A stretch of 32,000 bases of DNA from Dickeya dadantii NCPPB 898 (GTDB lineage Bacteria > Pseudomonadota > Gammaproteobacteria > Enterobacterales > Enterobacteriaceae): the NCBI RefSeq assembly GCF_000406145.1, contig NZ_CM001976.1, forward strand, positions 3,864,955 through 3,896,954, written 5' to 3'. This document shows positions 23,742 to 32,000 of this stretch, one piece after another (positions within the stretch are counted from its first letter, which is position 1; every line of letters begins with the position of its first letter). The translations under genes and the position numbers were made by a program. The notes beneath the pieces were generated by a model, which searched no databases, was not told the origin of the DNA, and saw nothing but the letters and a program-made list of their open reading frames with translations.

Positions 23742-25670
23742 ATGCGCACTTTCCTCTTATTTTTGGGCGTTCTACTGTTTTCATCATCGGTTTTATCGGC
23801 AGAACCATCCCATGTAAATTTCACAGAACAAAATCAGCAAATTACATCATTAATTGGGCAACTCATTCAGTTACACCGAGAGCAAGCAAAACTGGAAGAG
23901 CAGGTCAAATCCAACACCAATGATATTCAGGCCCTCGCCGATAAAAATAAAGATGTATTAAAAAATGAGATCGCGACCCTTTCCAGAGAAATTTCATTCA
24001 CTGAAAAAACAGTGGAAATACGGATTGCCAATATCGAAAAAAGCAGCGATTACATTAATAAATTATATGGTGTAGGAAGCATTATTATTACATTGATGAT
24101 CTTTGGATTTGGTTTCATTGGTTATCAAAGAGCCAAGACTGATGCAAAATCAGCCGCTGAAACCGCGATGAAAGAATGGATTAAGAAGAATGAAAACGCG
24201 GTATTATCCACCATTGATGAGCACACAAGAGCACAAGAAGCGTTATTACGAGATCATACCGATAGCTTGCTTCAGGAGCTAAGAGATACGGTGCAAAATG
24301 CACAAAAAGATGGCGAAAAGCTGGCAGGTTTCCTGAGAAAAGTTCAGGAAAATAAAGGCGCCACGATTGAAGAAAAACAGTTTATTCCCCAGGAAGCAGA
24401 TAAAGCCGCAGGCTCAGTTCATCAGGAAGACAAAGGGCCTCATGCCCCTTCGGTAAAAAAAGCCAGAGGCTTATTCAATCAAGGCGTCAGTCTTGGGCAG
24501 CAGGGTAAATCGGACCAGGCAATACAAATTTATAACCAGTTAATCACTGAATTCCAGGACAGCGATGATCCGATATTACAGGAGCTGGTTGCCAAAGCCA
24601 TGGGCAACAAAGGCTTCAGGCTTGGGAAAAAAGGCGAACTGAGCGACGCAATCCAGACCTACGATCGGTTGATAACCCGTTTCAAAAACAGTGATAGCCC
24701 TGTCATTCTGCAATGGATTGCCACCGCGATGCTGAATAAAGCCATCAATATTGGGCAACAAGGCCAATCGGATGAAGAAATCCAGGCCTACGACCAGTTG
24801 ATCGATAAATTCAAAGACAGCACAACGCCGGCAATACAGGAATTGGTAGCCAAAGCCATGGTCAACAAAGGCGTCAGACTTGGGCAACAGGATAAATCGG
24901 ACGAAGCCATCCACAACTATGACCAACTGATAGACATGTTTGAAGGCAGTGATAGCCCCGCCGTACTGAAACAGGTCGCTATGGCTATGCTCAATAAAGG
25001 CGTCAGACTGGGGCAACAAGGCCATGCTGACAGCGCTATCCAGAACTATGATCTGCTGATTGCCCGGTTCAAAGACCGCGATGAACTTGAACTCCAGGAG
25101 CAGGTTGCCAAAGCCATGCTGAATAAAGGCGTCAAATTTGGGCAACAAAACGCACAGGATGAGGCCATTCAAATTTATGACCAGTTGATTGCCCAGTTCA
25201 ATGACCACAGTGAACTCGTATTCCAGGAACTGGTGATCAAGGCTATGCTGAATAAAGGCGTTAGGCTTGGGAAGCAGGGAAAACAAGAAGAAGAGATCAA
25301 AATCTACGACCAGCTAATAGCCCGGCACAAAGACAGCGACGAGCCAGTGCTGCTAAATCAGGTCGCCATGGCCATGGTCAATAAAGGCATCAGCCTGCGG
25401 CAGCATGGTCAGCCAGAAGAGGCCATCAAGATCTATGACCAACTGATCGCGACGTTCCAGGACAGTGAGGTGCCGACAATACAGGAACGTGTTGTCAGCG
25501 CTATGTTTTATAAAGGATTCGCGCTTGGAAAGCAGGGCCAGACGGACCAGGCGGTGCAAACCTACGATCGACTGATAACCACATTCCAGAGCAGTGATGA
25601 TCCCGCAATACAAGCCATTGTCGCCAAAGCGAGGAAAGAGCATAAAACGCTGACAACATCTAAAGAATAG
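23742..25670 (+). CDS. Membrane-anchored TPR-like repeat protein: signal peptide, about 85-aa coiled coil, TM helix, linker, 9 x 43-aa helical repeats
   Basis: 642 aa. The signal peptide is MRTFLLFLGVLLFSSSVLSA-EP. Residues about 28-108 are heptad-rich. The TM helix is VGSIIITLMIFGFGFIGY (about 111-128). Residues 241-627 are nine units of consensus AkAmlNKGvrLGqqGksdEAIqiYDqLIarFkDSddPvlqeqV. Confidence 0.8.
   Translation: MRTFLLFLGVLLFSSSVLSAEPSHVNFTEQNQQITSLIGQLIQLHREQAKLEEQVKSNTNDIQALADKNKDVLKNEIATLSREISFTEKTVEIRIANIEKSSDYINKLYGVGSIIITLMIFGFGFIGYQRAKTDAKSAAETAMKEWIKKNENAVLSTIDEHTRAQEALLRDHTDSLLQELRDTVQNAQKDGEKLAGFLRKVQENKGATIEEKQFIPQEADKAAGSVHQEDKGPHAPSVKKARGLFNQGVSLGQQGKSDQAIQIYNQLITEFQDSDDPILQELVAKAMGNKGFRLGKKGELSDAIQTYDRLITRFKNSDSPVILQWIATAMLNKAINIGQQGQSDEEIQAYDQLIDKFKDSTTPAIQELVAKAMVNKGVRLGQQDKSDEAIHNYDQLIDMFEGSDSPAVLKQVAMAMLNKGVRLGQQGHADSAIQNYDLLIARFKDRDELELQEQVAKAMLNKGVKFGQQNAQDEAIQIYDQLIAQFNDHSELVFQELVIKAMLNKGVRLGKQGKQEEEIKIYDQLIARHKDSDEPVLLNQVAMAMVNKGISLRQHGQPEEAIKIYDQLIATFQDSEVPTIQERVVSAMFYKGFALGKQGQTDQAVQTYDRLITTFQSSDDPAIQAIVAKARKEHKTLTTSKE
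24462..25622 (+). repeat. Intragenic tandem repeat, 9 x 129 bp (43 codons), diverged copies
   Basis: Repeat boundaries were counted from the protein: aa 241 + 9x43 = aa 627, followed by a 15-aa tail. Recurring DNA strings include aataaaggcgtcagact(t/g)gggcaaca. Copies look diverged by eye at the DNA level, so the duplication does not look recent. Confidence 0.85.
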
Positions 25671-25700
25671 CGCCCCCAATCGAGAGCCGATAGCGACAGC

Positions 25701-25723
25701 GCAATCTGTAACATACAGATTGC
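25701..25723 (+). terminator. Stem-loop 30 nt after the repeat-protein stop (possible terminator; no U-tract)
   Basis: GCAATCTGTA-ACA-TACAGATTGC, a perfect 10-bp stem. Confidence 0.35.
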
Positions 25724-25909
25724 CGGCTACATCTCCCACGCGCCGTCTATCCAAGGTATACTTCTTCCTTTCAAATACGAAAATGACGGTGACGGTGCCA
25801 ACCACCCTCACCGTGTTGTGGTTCTTACAGGTCGAATCTCGCCTAAGCGCTTTATCAATCTTTATCCCTGTAAGTGTTAAGGTTAACTCCCAGAACATCC
25901 TTCCCCTTG

Positions 25910-26914
25910 ATGAAAGAGAAAGAAAGTACAGAAACGCTACGTAGCAATTGGCACGGCCGCTTTAGCGTTGCCCCCATGCTGGACTGGACGGACCGCCACT
26001 GCCGCTACTTTCACCGGCTGCTGAGTCACAACGCGCTGTTGTACACCGAGATGGTGACCACCGGGGCGATTTTGCACGGCAAAGGCGACTATCTGGCCTA
26101 CAGCGACGAGGAGCATCCGCTGGCGTTGCAGCTCGGCGGCAGCGACCCGGCGGCGCTGGCGCAGTGCGCCGTGCTGGCGGAACAGCGCGGCTATGACGAA
26201 ATCAACCTCAACGTCGGCTGCCCGTCCGACCGGGTGCAAAACGGCCGTTTCGGCGCCTGCCTGATGGCGGAAGCACAACTGGTGGCGGACTGCGTAACAG
26301 CGATGCGCGAACGCGTCGACATTCCGGTGACGGTCAAAACCCGCATCGGCATCGACGATCAGGACAGCTACACGTTTCTGTGCGATTTCATCCGCACCGT
26401 CTCCGAACAGGGCGGCTGCGATACCTTTATCGTACACGCCCGCAAGGCCTGGCTGTCCGGCCTTAGCCCGAAAGAAAACCGCGAGATCCCGCCGCTGGAC
26501 TACCCGCGCGTCTACCAGCTCAAGCGTGATTTCCCGTCGCTGACGCTGGCTATTAACGGCGGCGTCAAAACGCTGGCCGAGGCGCGGCAGCATCTGCAAC
26601 ACGTGGATGGCGTGATGGTGGGCCGTGAAGCCTATCAAAATCCCGGTATGCTGGCGCAAGTCGATCGCGAACTGTTTGGCGCGGACTCGGTTGCGCCGGA
26701 TCAGGCCGACGTGGTACGGGCGATGTATCCGTATATCGAACGCGAACTCTCCGCCGGCGCATCGTTAGGCCACATTACCCGCCATATGCTCGGCCTGTTT
26801 CAGGGTCTGCCCGGCGCGCGTCAGTGGCGGCGTTACCTGAGCGAAAATGCCCATAAACCCGGTGCGGATGCCGCCGTGGTGGAGCGCGCGCTGGCGTTGG
26901 TTAAGTTGGCCTAA
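25910..26914 (+). CDS. dusA: tRNA-dihydrouridine synthase A
   Basis: ...[48 protein letters not shown]...[21 protein letters not shown]... is near-identical to remembered E. coli DusA. The ATG at 25910 is preferred over the track GTG at 25874. Confidence 0.95.
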   Translation: MKEKESTETLRSNWHGRFSVAPMLDWTDRHCRYFHRLLSHNALLYTEMVTTGAILHGKGDYLAYSDEEHPLALQLGGSDPAALAQCAVLAEQRGYDEINLNVGCPSDRVQNGRFGACLMAEAQLVADCVTAMRERVDIPVTVKTRIGIDDQDSYTFLCDFIRTVSEQGGCDTFIVHARKAWLSGLSPKENREIPPLDYPRVYQLKRDFPSLTLAINGGVKTLAEARQHLQHVDGVMVGREAYQNPGMLAQVDRELFGADSVAPDQADVVRAMYPYIERELSAGASLGHITRHMLGLFQGLPGARQWRRYLSENAHKPGADAAVVERALALVKLA

Positions 26915-26967
26915 AAAAACCAACTATTGGTCTTTTTGACCAACACATTCTCTCCGCCTTCCTGACC

Positions 26968-26998
26968 GTCGCTGATAAATCAATCAGTTATCAGCGAC
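26968..26998. terminator. Perfect 11-bp inverted repeat between dusA and the pspG promoter (possible dusA terminator or protein-binding site)
   Basis: GTCGCTGATAA-atcaatcag-TTATCAGCGAC. A weaker A-run/ACCAA-cta-TTGGT/T-run hairpin lies at 26913-26937, directly after the dusA stop. Confidence 0.35.
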
Positions 26999-27004
26999 GC
27001 ATTC

Positions 27005-27020
27005 TGGCACGGTTCTTGTA
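27005..27020 (+). promoter_or_regulatory. Sigma54 (-24/-12) promoter of pspG
   Basis: TGGCAC-GGTTC-TTGTA fits the TGGCAC-N5-TTGC(A/T) spacing. It resembles the remembered psp promoters, which also carry TTGT at -12. It lies about 85 nt upstream of the pspG ATG. Confidence 0.55.
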
Positions 27021-27104
27021 ATAAACCTCCTGTAAGCATCATGCGGCACACGGAATACGCTATTCCCCTGCGCAAGACGCGGTTTAACGGCTAAGGAGCA
27101 CACC

Positions 27105-27380
27105 ATGTTGGAAATTTTCTTCGTTATTGGCTTTTTTATCATGCTGCTGGTCACCGGCGTTTCACTGCTGGGAGTGATGGTGGCGCTGGTTGTCGCGTCG
27201 GTGGTTATGCTGATTGGCGGACTGTTTGCCGTGGCGATCAAGGTGCTGCCGTGGCTACTGTTGGCGGTCGTGGTGGTGTGGCTGTGGCGCCGGTTTCAGG
27301 GCCGACCGCTCTCCCGTATGCATCGCTACGCGTACCGTAAAAAATATACCTTTCGTCACCGTCGGGGCGGGGAGTGGTAA
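27105..27380 (+). CDS. pspG: Phage shock protein G (small inner-membrane protein)
   Basis: 91 aa. MLEIFFVIGFFIMLLVTGVSLLG...LPWLLLAVVVVWLW is very similar to remembered E. coli PspG. It has the conserved position after dusA, a sigma54 promoter upstream and an AAGGAG SD. Confidence 0.85.
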   Translation: MLEIFFVIGFFIMLLVTGVSLLGVMVALVVASVVMLIGGLFAVAIKVLPWLLLAVVVVWLWRRFQGRPLSRMHRYAYRKKYTFRHRRGGEW

Positions 27381-27657
27381 GCCTGAAAAATGACAAAATC
27401 TGAATGAGATACGGAAATGACAGGCCGCGCCGTACCTGATGCAAAATTGTGCGCCAGCAGATATTTTTTCCTTATCGTGGCTGCTAGGATGTCGCTCACT
27501 GTCTGGCTTCCCCCCTTTCATGAGAGCGCCGGCAAATGACACGGTTTCATCATCGTCAGGAAAATAATAGCCGCCCAGCGGCGCCTTCGTGACGAGCACC
27601 ACACTGTACCCTACATACAGTGGATGAAATTAGCGTAATGGCAAAAGCCGTCCTGTG

Positions 27658-27690
27658 GAATAATACCGACTCGCTGAGAGTCGGTATTAT
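27658..27690. terminator. Perfect 14-bp stem / 5-nt loop hairpin between pspG and the P450 gene
   Basis: AATAATACCGACTC-GCTGA-GAGTCGGTATTATT. It lies about 100 nt downstream of the P450 stop on the minus strand. No clear U-tract occurs on either strand. Confidence 0.35.
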
Positions 27691-27789
27691 TACCCGGCCC
27701 TATCGCACCGCAGAAAAATCCCCGTCATCACGATGTTTCCCTCCCTCCGCCAGGGCGGCGCCGTACGTCAAAAACGCAACCTACGGTGC

Positions 27790-29196
27790 TCAAGCCTCAT
27801 GCCGGGCGATATCGGATTGGTGCCGTTTATGTAGCCTGACGTAAAAACCGGTCGGGGTCACGGTAAAGGCAAAGCTTTCCATCACGTCCGACGCGGGCTG
27901 CTGCGCTTCAACGCGAAATCCGCTGCACAACGCATGAAACCCCAGCTTGATTTCCATTAATGCCAGCGATCGTCCGGGACACATGCGCGGACCGCCGCCG
28001 AAGGGCTGAAGGTCGGAAAATGACGCCTGCCCGCGCTCCAGCCATCGATCAGGCATGAAATCGTGCGGGTGGTGAAATAAAGTCTCTTCAAATCCGTTCG
28101 CGTGCAGAGTCAGCAACAGAGGCGTACCCTTCCTGATAAGGAAATCGGCAATGACGGTGTCCTTAACCGGCTCAAGGTAAAGCAGCGGAGCCACCGGTTT
28201 AAGCCGCATGGACTCATACATCACGGCGGTGAGCAACGGCATGCGGGGCAAGGGCCACGGCAGAAAGCCTCCTTCGCCCCCAGAAGCCTGCCTACACTCA
28301 TCAACGACGTTCTCTTCCATCAAGGGTGCGGAGCAAAGCAGGAAACTCATCCAGGTCAGCGTATTCGCGGTTGTATCTTCCCCCGCCAGCAGTAGCGTAA
28401 ACGCATTAGCCAGAATGTCTGCATCCGTCAGCGTCCCGTCCTTTTGCTGCTCGGCAAGCATGATTTGCAGCATATTCTCAGGGGCATCCAGTAGCTGAGG
28501 GTTCTGCCGGATTCGCTCCCGCTGATGATCAATAAAGGCGTTAAGATGGTCGTCAATCAGGCTCAGGCTGGCGTCAAATTGCTTATCCCGCGCTCTCTTG
28601 ATGTAACGCCATAAAGGAATGGGAGAGCCGCAGCGTTCATTAATCACAGGAAACATGCGGCGTAGACTTTGCGATAGCGGATTCTCACCTTGCTCAAGGG
28701 TATTGATGTCCTCGCCAAAGGCTAGCAACGATGTGATATCTACCGTATAGCGCTTAAATTCTTCCACCAGAGAAACCACCTCCCCGGTTTCAGCCAGCCT
28801 TGCGAAACGTGCGGATAAGCGTGCGGTGATCGTTCTGAGGCTGGGGTAGAAATACTTCAGATGTGCGGGCTGAAACATCGGTTCCGTCAGTTTCCGCTGA
28901 TGTCCCCATCGTGCCCCTTCTGATGAGAAAACGCCGTTCAGCCCGGCTTCCTGGAACACGGATTCAATACTGCTTCTGCGCCGGAACTCATCGGGGCGGG
29001 CTTTCATAATGGTGCGAATCCATTCCGAATCGGCGATCACCATCGCCGACGTGAGCCCCAGCCTTAACCGGTAAAAAGGGCCATAGCGTTCCTTCCATTG
29101 CAACAACTGTAAGTGGACGTCATGCCGTTTTAAATAGTGCACATGTCCGAGGAGGCCTCTGGTCGGAGGCATTGGCAACCGATTGATCGATCTCAT
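27790..29196 (-). CDS. Cytochrome P450 monooxygenase (E-class-like heme motif), orphan
   Basis: 468 aa from the ATG at 29196 (AAGGAAGGA SD). The Cys-ligand loop is FGGGPRMCPGRSLA (FxxGxRxCxG). The I-helix is LLLAGEDTTANTL and the K-helix ExxR is YESMRLKP. The ORF-track start at 29313 is an unlikely extension. Confidence 0.85.
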   Translation of the reverse strand: MRSINRLPMPPTRGLLGHVHYLKRHDVHLQLLQWKERYGPFYRLRLGLTSAMVIADSEWIRTIMKARPDEFRRRSSIESVFQEAGLNGVFSSEGARWGHQRKLTEPMFQPAHLKYFYPSLRTITARLSARFARLAETGEVVSLVEEFKRYTVDITSLLAFGEDINTLEQGENPLSQSLRRMFPVINERCGSPIPLWRYIKRARDKQFDASLSLIDDHLNAFIDHQRERIRQNPQLLDAPENMLQIMLAEQQKDGTLTDADILANAFTLLLAGEDTTANTLTWMSFLLCSAPLMEENVVDECRQASGGEGGFLPWPLPRMPLLTAVMYESMRLKPVAPLLYLEPVKDTVIADFLIRKGTPLLLTLHANGFEETLFHHPHDFMPDRWLERGQASFSDLQPFGGGPRMCPGRSLALMEIKLGFHALCSGFRVEAQQPASDVMESFAFTVTPTGFYVRLHKRHQSDIARHEA

Positions 29197-29551
29197 ACGC
29201 GATATCCTTCCTTGCTCAGGTGATAAGTGACCCGCGAAAAAGCAACCATTGAGAGATCCCGAAGAGATAAAGAGAGAAGGAATGGCAAACGACACCGCTA
29301 AAAACGACGGCAAGGCGCGTACTCCCGGTTTACCGGGGCATCATTTACGATGTTATAAACAAAAACAGGGTACAAGACCTGATTCTGAATCTGCGTCACA
29401 TCCTACCGAGCGGAAGATTAAAAAATATACATTGCGTTGTGGCTTTTTTGTTAACAAGTAATACATCGGGGAAGGAGAAGGTGTGGCAGGCGCGCCTTTC
29501 CCCGTCTTGCCGCACGGGGGAAGGCGCCTGTTCTGACAGAGCACGGGTTAC

Positions 29552-30541
29552 TTAGCCATGAGGGATCAGCAGGCATGACCCTTGTGTACTGCGGCTTTCC
29601 AGCGCACGGTGGGCGGAGCGGGCGTCTTCCAGCGCAAACTTCTGGCTGTCCGGCACGTCCACCTTGATGGCGCCGCTGGCGATCAGCGCGAACAGTTCGC
29701 GGCTGGCCAGTTCCAGTTCCTGACGGGTGGTAATGTAGCTGAACAGCGACGGCCGGGTAACGTACAGCGACCCTTTCTGATTGAGAATGCCGAGATTCAC
29801 CCCGGTGACCGGGCCGGACGCGTTGCCGAAGCTGACCATCAGCCCACGCCGTTTCAGGCAGTCGAGCGAGGCTTCCCAGGTATCTTTCCCCACCGAGTCA
29901 TACACCACCGAGACTTTCTCTTCGTGGGTCAGCTCCAGTACCCGATGGACGATGTCTTCCTTGCGGTAGTTAATGGTGGCCCAGGCGCCCGCCTGTTTTG
30001 CCAGTTCCGCTTTGTGGTCGGAACCGACGGTGCCGATCAGTTTCGCCCCCAGCGCCTTCGCCCACTGGCAGGCAATCAGCCCCACGCCGCCGGCGGCCGC
30101 ATGGAACAAAAACACCTCGCCCGGTTTCACTTCATAGGTTTGGCGCAGCAGGTAATACACCGTCAACCCTTTCAGGAACGAGGCCGCCGCCTGCTCAAAG
30201 CTGATGTCGTCCGGCAGCAGCGCGACCTTGTCCGCCGGCACGTTATGCCGTTCGCTGTAAGCGCCCAGCGCCGACTGGGCATACACCACGCGGTCGCCCA
30301 CCTTGAGATGTTTTACGTTAGCCCCGGCTTTCACCACCACGCCGGCCGCTTCGGTGCCCAGGCCGGAGGGAAACGACGGCGGCGAATACAGCCCGGAACG
30401 GAAATAGGTATCGATAAAGTTGATGCCGATGGCGCGGTTTTCCACCTGAACGTCGTTAAGACCCGGCTCGCGCGGCGTGTAATCCACATACTCCAGCACC
30501 CCCGGCCCGCCGTGGTCGCTGAACTGAATACGTTTTGCCAT
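29552..30541 (-). CDS. qor: NADPH:quinone oxidoreductase (zeta-crystallin-like MDR)
   Basis: 329 aa. ...VENRAIGINFIDTYFRSGLY...FLFHAAAGGVGLIACQWAKALGAKLIGTVG... is near-identical to remembered E. coli Qor. It is divergent from dnaB as in E. coli. Confidence 0.95.
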   Translation of the reverse strand: MAKRIQFSDHGGPGVLEYVDYTPREPGLNDVQVENRAIGINFIDTYFRSGLYSPPSFPSGLGTEAAGVVVKAGANVKHLKVGDRVVYAQSALGAYSERHNVPADKVALLPDDISFEQAAASFLKGLTVYYLLRQTYEVKPGEVFLFHAAAGGVGLIACQWAKALGAKLIGTVGSDHKAELAKQAGAWATINYRKEDIVHRVLELTHEEKVSVVYDSVGKDTWEASLDCLKRRGLMVSFGNASGPVTGVNLGILNQKGSLYVTRPSLFSYITTRQELELASRELFALIASGAIKVDVPDSQKFALEDARSAHRALESRSTQGSCLLIPHG

Positions 30542-30663
30542 GATGATCTCCTCGCTCTATCGTGTATGCCCGGTGATGTCATCGGACAATATGTCATTCC
30601 TGAGTTTAGGATATACAATGCTCCCACCCCTAAAGGTAAATCAACCAGTAAAGAACGCGTTTC

Positions 30664-32000
30664 ATGGCAGAAAAAAAACCAACTAAACCGGCAGAATCCC
30701 GCGACCGTCAGGTAGAAGGGCTAAAACTTCCGCCCCACTCCATCGAAGCGGAACAGTCGGTGCTAGGGGGGTTGATGCTCGACAACGAGCGTTGGGACAA
30801 CGTCGCCGAGCGCGTCTGTGCCAACGACTTTTTCAACCGCGCCCACCGACTGATCTTTAACGAGATGCAGCGCCTGCTGGAAATGAGCAAACCCATTGAC
30901 CTGATCACCCTGTCGGAGTCGCTGGAGCAAAAAGGCGAGCTGGAGTCCGCCGGAGGGTTCGCCTACCTGGCGGAACTGGCGAAAAACACCCCCAGCGCGG
31001 CCAATATCGGCGCGTATGCCGACATCGTGCGCGAACGCGCGGTAGTGCGTGAAATGATCGCCGTCGCCAACGAAATCGCCGACGCCGGTTACGACCCGCA
31101 GGGCCGCAGCAGCGAAGACCTGCTGGATCTGGCCGAATCGCGCGTGTTTCAGATAGCGGAAAACCGCGCCAGCAAGGATGAAGGCCCCAAAAGCATCGAC
31201 CGCATTCTGGAAGACACCGTCTCGCGCATCGAACAGCTTTATCAGCGCCCGCACGACGGTGTGACCGGGGTATCCAGCGGATATCAGGATCTGGACAAGA
31301 AAACCGCCGGTTTGCAGAAATCGGATCTGATTATCGTTGCGGCGCGTCCCTCCATGGGGAAAACCACCTTCGCCATGAACCTGTGCGAAAACGCCGCCAT
31401 GACGCAGGAAAAACCGGTGCTGATTTTCAGTCTGGAAATGCCCGGCGAGCAGATCATGATGCGTATGCTGGCGTCGCTGTCGCGCGTGGACCAGACCCGC
31501 ATCCGTACCGGTCAGCTCGACGACGAGGACTGGGCGCGCATCTCCAGCACCATGGGGCTGCTGCTGGAAAAGCGCAACATGTACATCGACGACTCCTCCG
31601 GCCTGACGCCGACCGAAGTGCGCTCCCGCGCCCGCCGGGTATTCCGCGAGCACGACGGCCTGAGCCTGATCATGATCGACTACCTGCAGTTGATGCGGGT
31701 GCCGTCGCTGTCCGATAACCGAACGCTGGAAATCGCCGAAATTTCACGCTCGCTCAAAGCGTTGGCAAAGGAATTGCAAGTGCCGGTCATCGCGCTGTCG
31801 CAGCTCAACCGCAGTCTGGAACAGCGTGCCGATAAACGTCCGGTTAACTCCGACCTGCGTGAATCCGGCTCCATCGAGCAGGACGCCGACCTGATCATGT
31901 TTATCTACCGTGACGAGGTATATCACGAAAACAGCGATCTGAAAGGCATCGCTGAAATCATTCTAGGGAAGCAGCGTAACGGGCCGATCGGCACCGTGCG
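30664..32000 (+). CDS. dnaB: Replicative DNA helicase DnaB (5' partial; runs off the window)
   Basis: Translation from the ATG at 30664 gives MAEKKPTKPAESRDRQVEGLKLPPHSIEAEQSVLGGLMLDNERWDNV... and, further on, ARPSMGKTTFAMNL (Walker A). It tracks remembered E. coli DnaB. It is absent from the ORF track because no stop lies in the window. Confidence 0.95.
   Translation, partial: MAEKKPTKPAESRDRQVEGLKLPPHSIEAEQSVLGGLMLDNERWDNVAERVCANDFFNRAHRLIFNEMQRLLEMSKPIDLITLSESLEQKGELESAGGFAYLAELAKNTPSAANIGAYADIVRERAVVREMIAVANEIADAGYDPQGRSSEDLLDLAESRVFQIAENRASKDEGPKSIDRILEDTVSRIEQLYQRPHDGVTGVSSGYQDLDKKTAGLQKSDLIIVAARPSMGKTTFAMNLCENAAMTQEKPVLIFSLEMPGEQIMMRMLASLSRVDQTRIRTGQLDDEDWARISSTMGLLLEKRNMYIDDSSGLTPTEVRSRARRVFREHDGLSLIMIDYLQLMRVPSLSDNRTLEIAEISRSLKALAKELQVPVIALSQLNRSLEQRADKRPVNSDLRESGSIEQDADLIMFIYRDEVYHENSDLKGIAEIILGKQRNGPIGTV

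Noticed and set aside
24576-25286. 236-aa minus-strand ORF running through the 129-bp repeats.
   Set aside because: It is itself periodic because it mirrors the sense-strand repeats. The open antisense frame is a by-product of the repeated codon pattern. The plus-strand protein has a coherent signal peptide/TM/repeat architecture.
24462-25622. Regular 129-bp periodicity: could it be a CRISPR-like array?
   Set aside because: There is no alternation of conserved repeats with unique spacers. The whole unit is conserved at the protein level and lies in one long ORF, and no cas genes are present. The 17-bp array at 11419-11486 likewise has no spacers.
25724-25909. Looked for an integrase remnant or dusA-derived att repeat in the spacer upstream of dusA. 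The minus-frame peptide is ...TVRVVGTVTVIFVFERKKYTLDRRRVGD...
   Set aside because: No recognisable tyrosine-recombinase motif and no repeat of the dusA 5' core could be found by eye. An intact or remnant integrative element is therefore not claimed, only flagged as a context to test.
27255-27602. 115-aa minus-strand ORF partly antisense to pspG.
   Set aside because: It overlaps the well-supported pspG gene. It has no SD and no recognisable motifs, and its composition is typical of a spurious ORF.

Overview
The window looks like chromosomal DNA from an enterobacterial genome. The arbG/arbF-type beta-glucoside operon and the high G+C suggest Pectobacteriaceae or Dickeya, but that is inference only. 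Two conserved backbone blocks match E. coli gene order: galR-lysA-lysR and dusA-pspG-qor-dnaB. Accessory DNA interrupts both blocks.

Ordinary content, left to right:
- arbF/bglF-like PTS permease and BglG-family antiterminator with RAT/terminator leaders
- lpxO-like hydroxylase
- galR
- a GntR(FadR-type)+GNAT pair
- a cellobiose-type PTS IIB/GH1/IIC operon, with a divergent IIA gene and an AscG-like LacI repressor
- lysA and lysR
- a five-gene ABC-importer operon with an embedded cytoplasmic alkaline-phosphatase-superfamily enzyme, plus a divergent PhnR/HutC-like regulator
- dusA, pspG (with a sigma54 promoter), qor and the 5' part of dnaB

Four regions deserve a second look:
1. An AT-rich islet of about 2 kb (about 5939-7983) carries a translationally coupled pair: an AbiEi-like wHTH protein and a Fic-domain protein with a non-canonical active-site motif. 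An IS5-family transposase fragment abuts it. A decayed duplicate of the galR 3' end sits on its far side.
2. A canonical RES/Xre(DUF2384) toxin-antitoxin pair.
3. Divergent from that pair and directly upstream of dusA is an AT-rich single gene. It encodes a 642-aa protein with a signal peptide, coiled coil, TM helix and nine tandem 43-aa TPR-like repeats.
4. An orphan E-class cytochrome P450 is inserted between pspG and qor.

I rank the wHTH-Fic pair and the membrane-anchored repeat protein as the best candidates for an undescribed conflict or defence module.

All product calls rest on motifs read by eye and on remembered similarity to E. coli and Salmonella proteins. No database search was run. 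No tRNA, rRNA or CRISPR array was seen.
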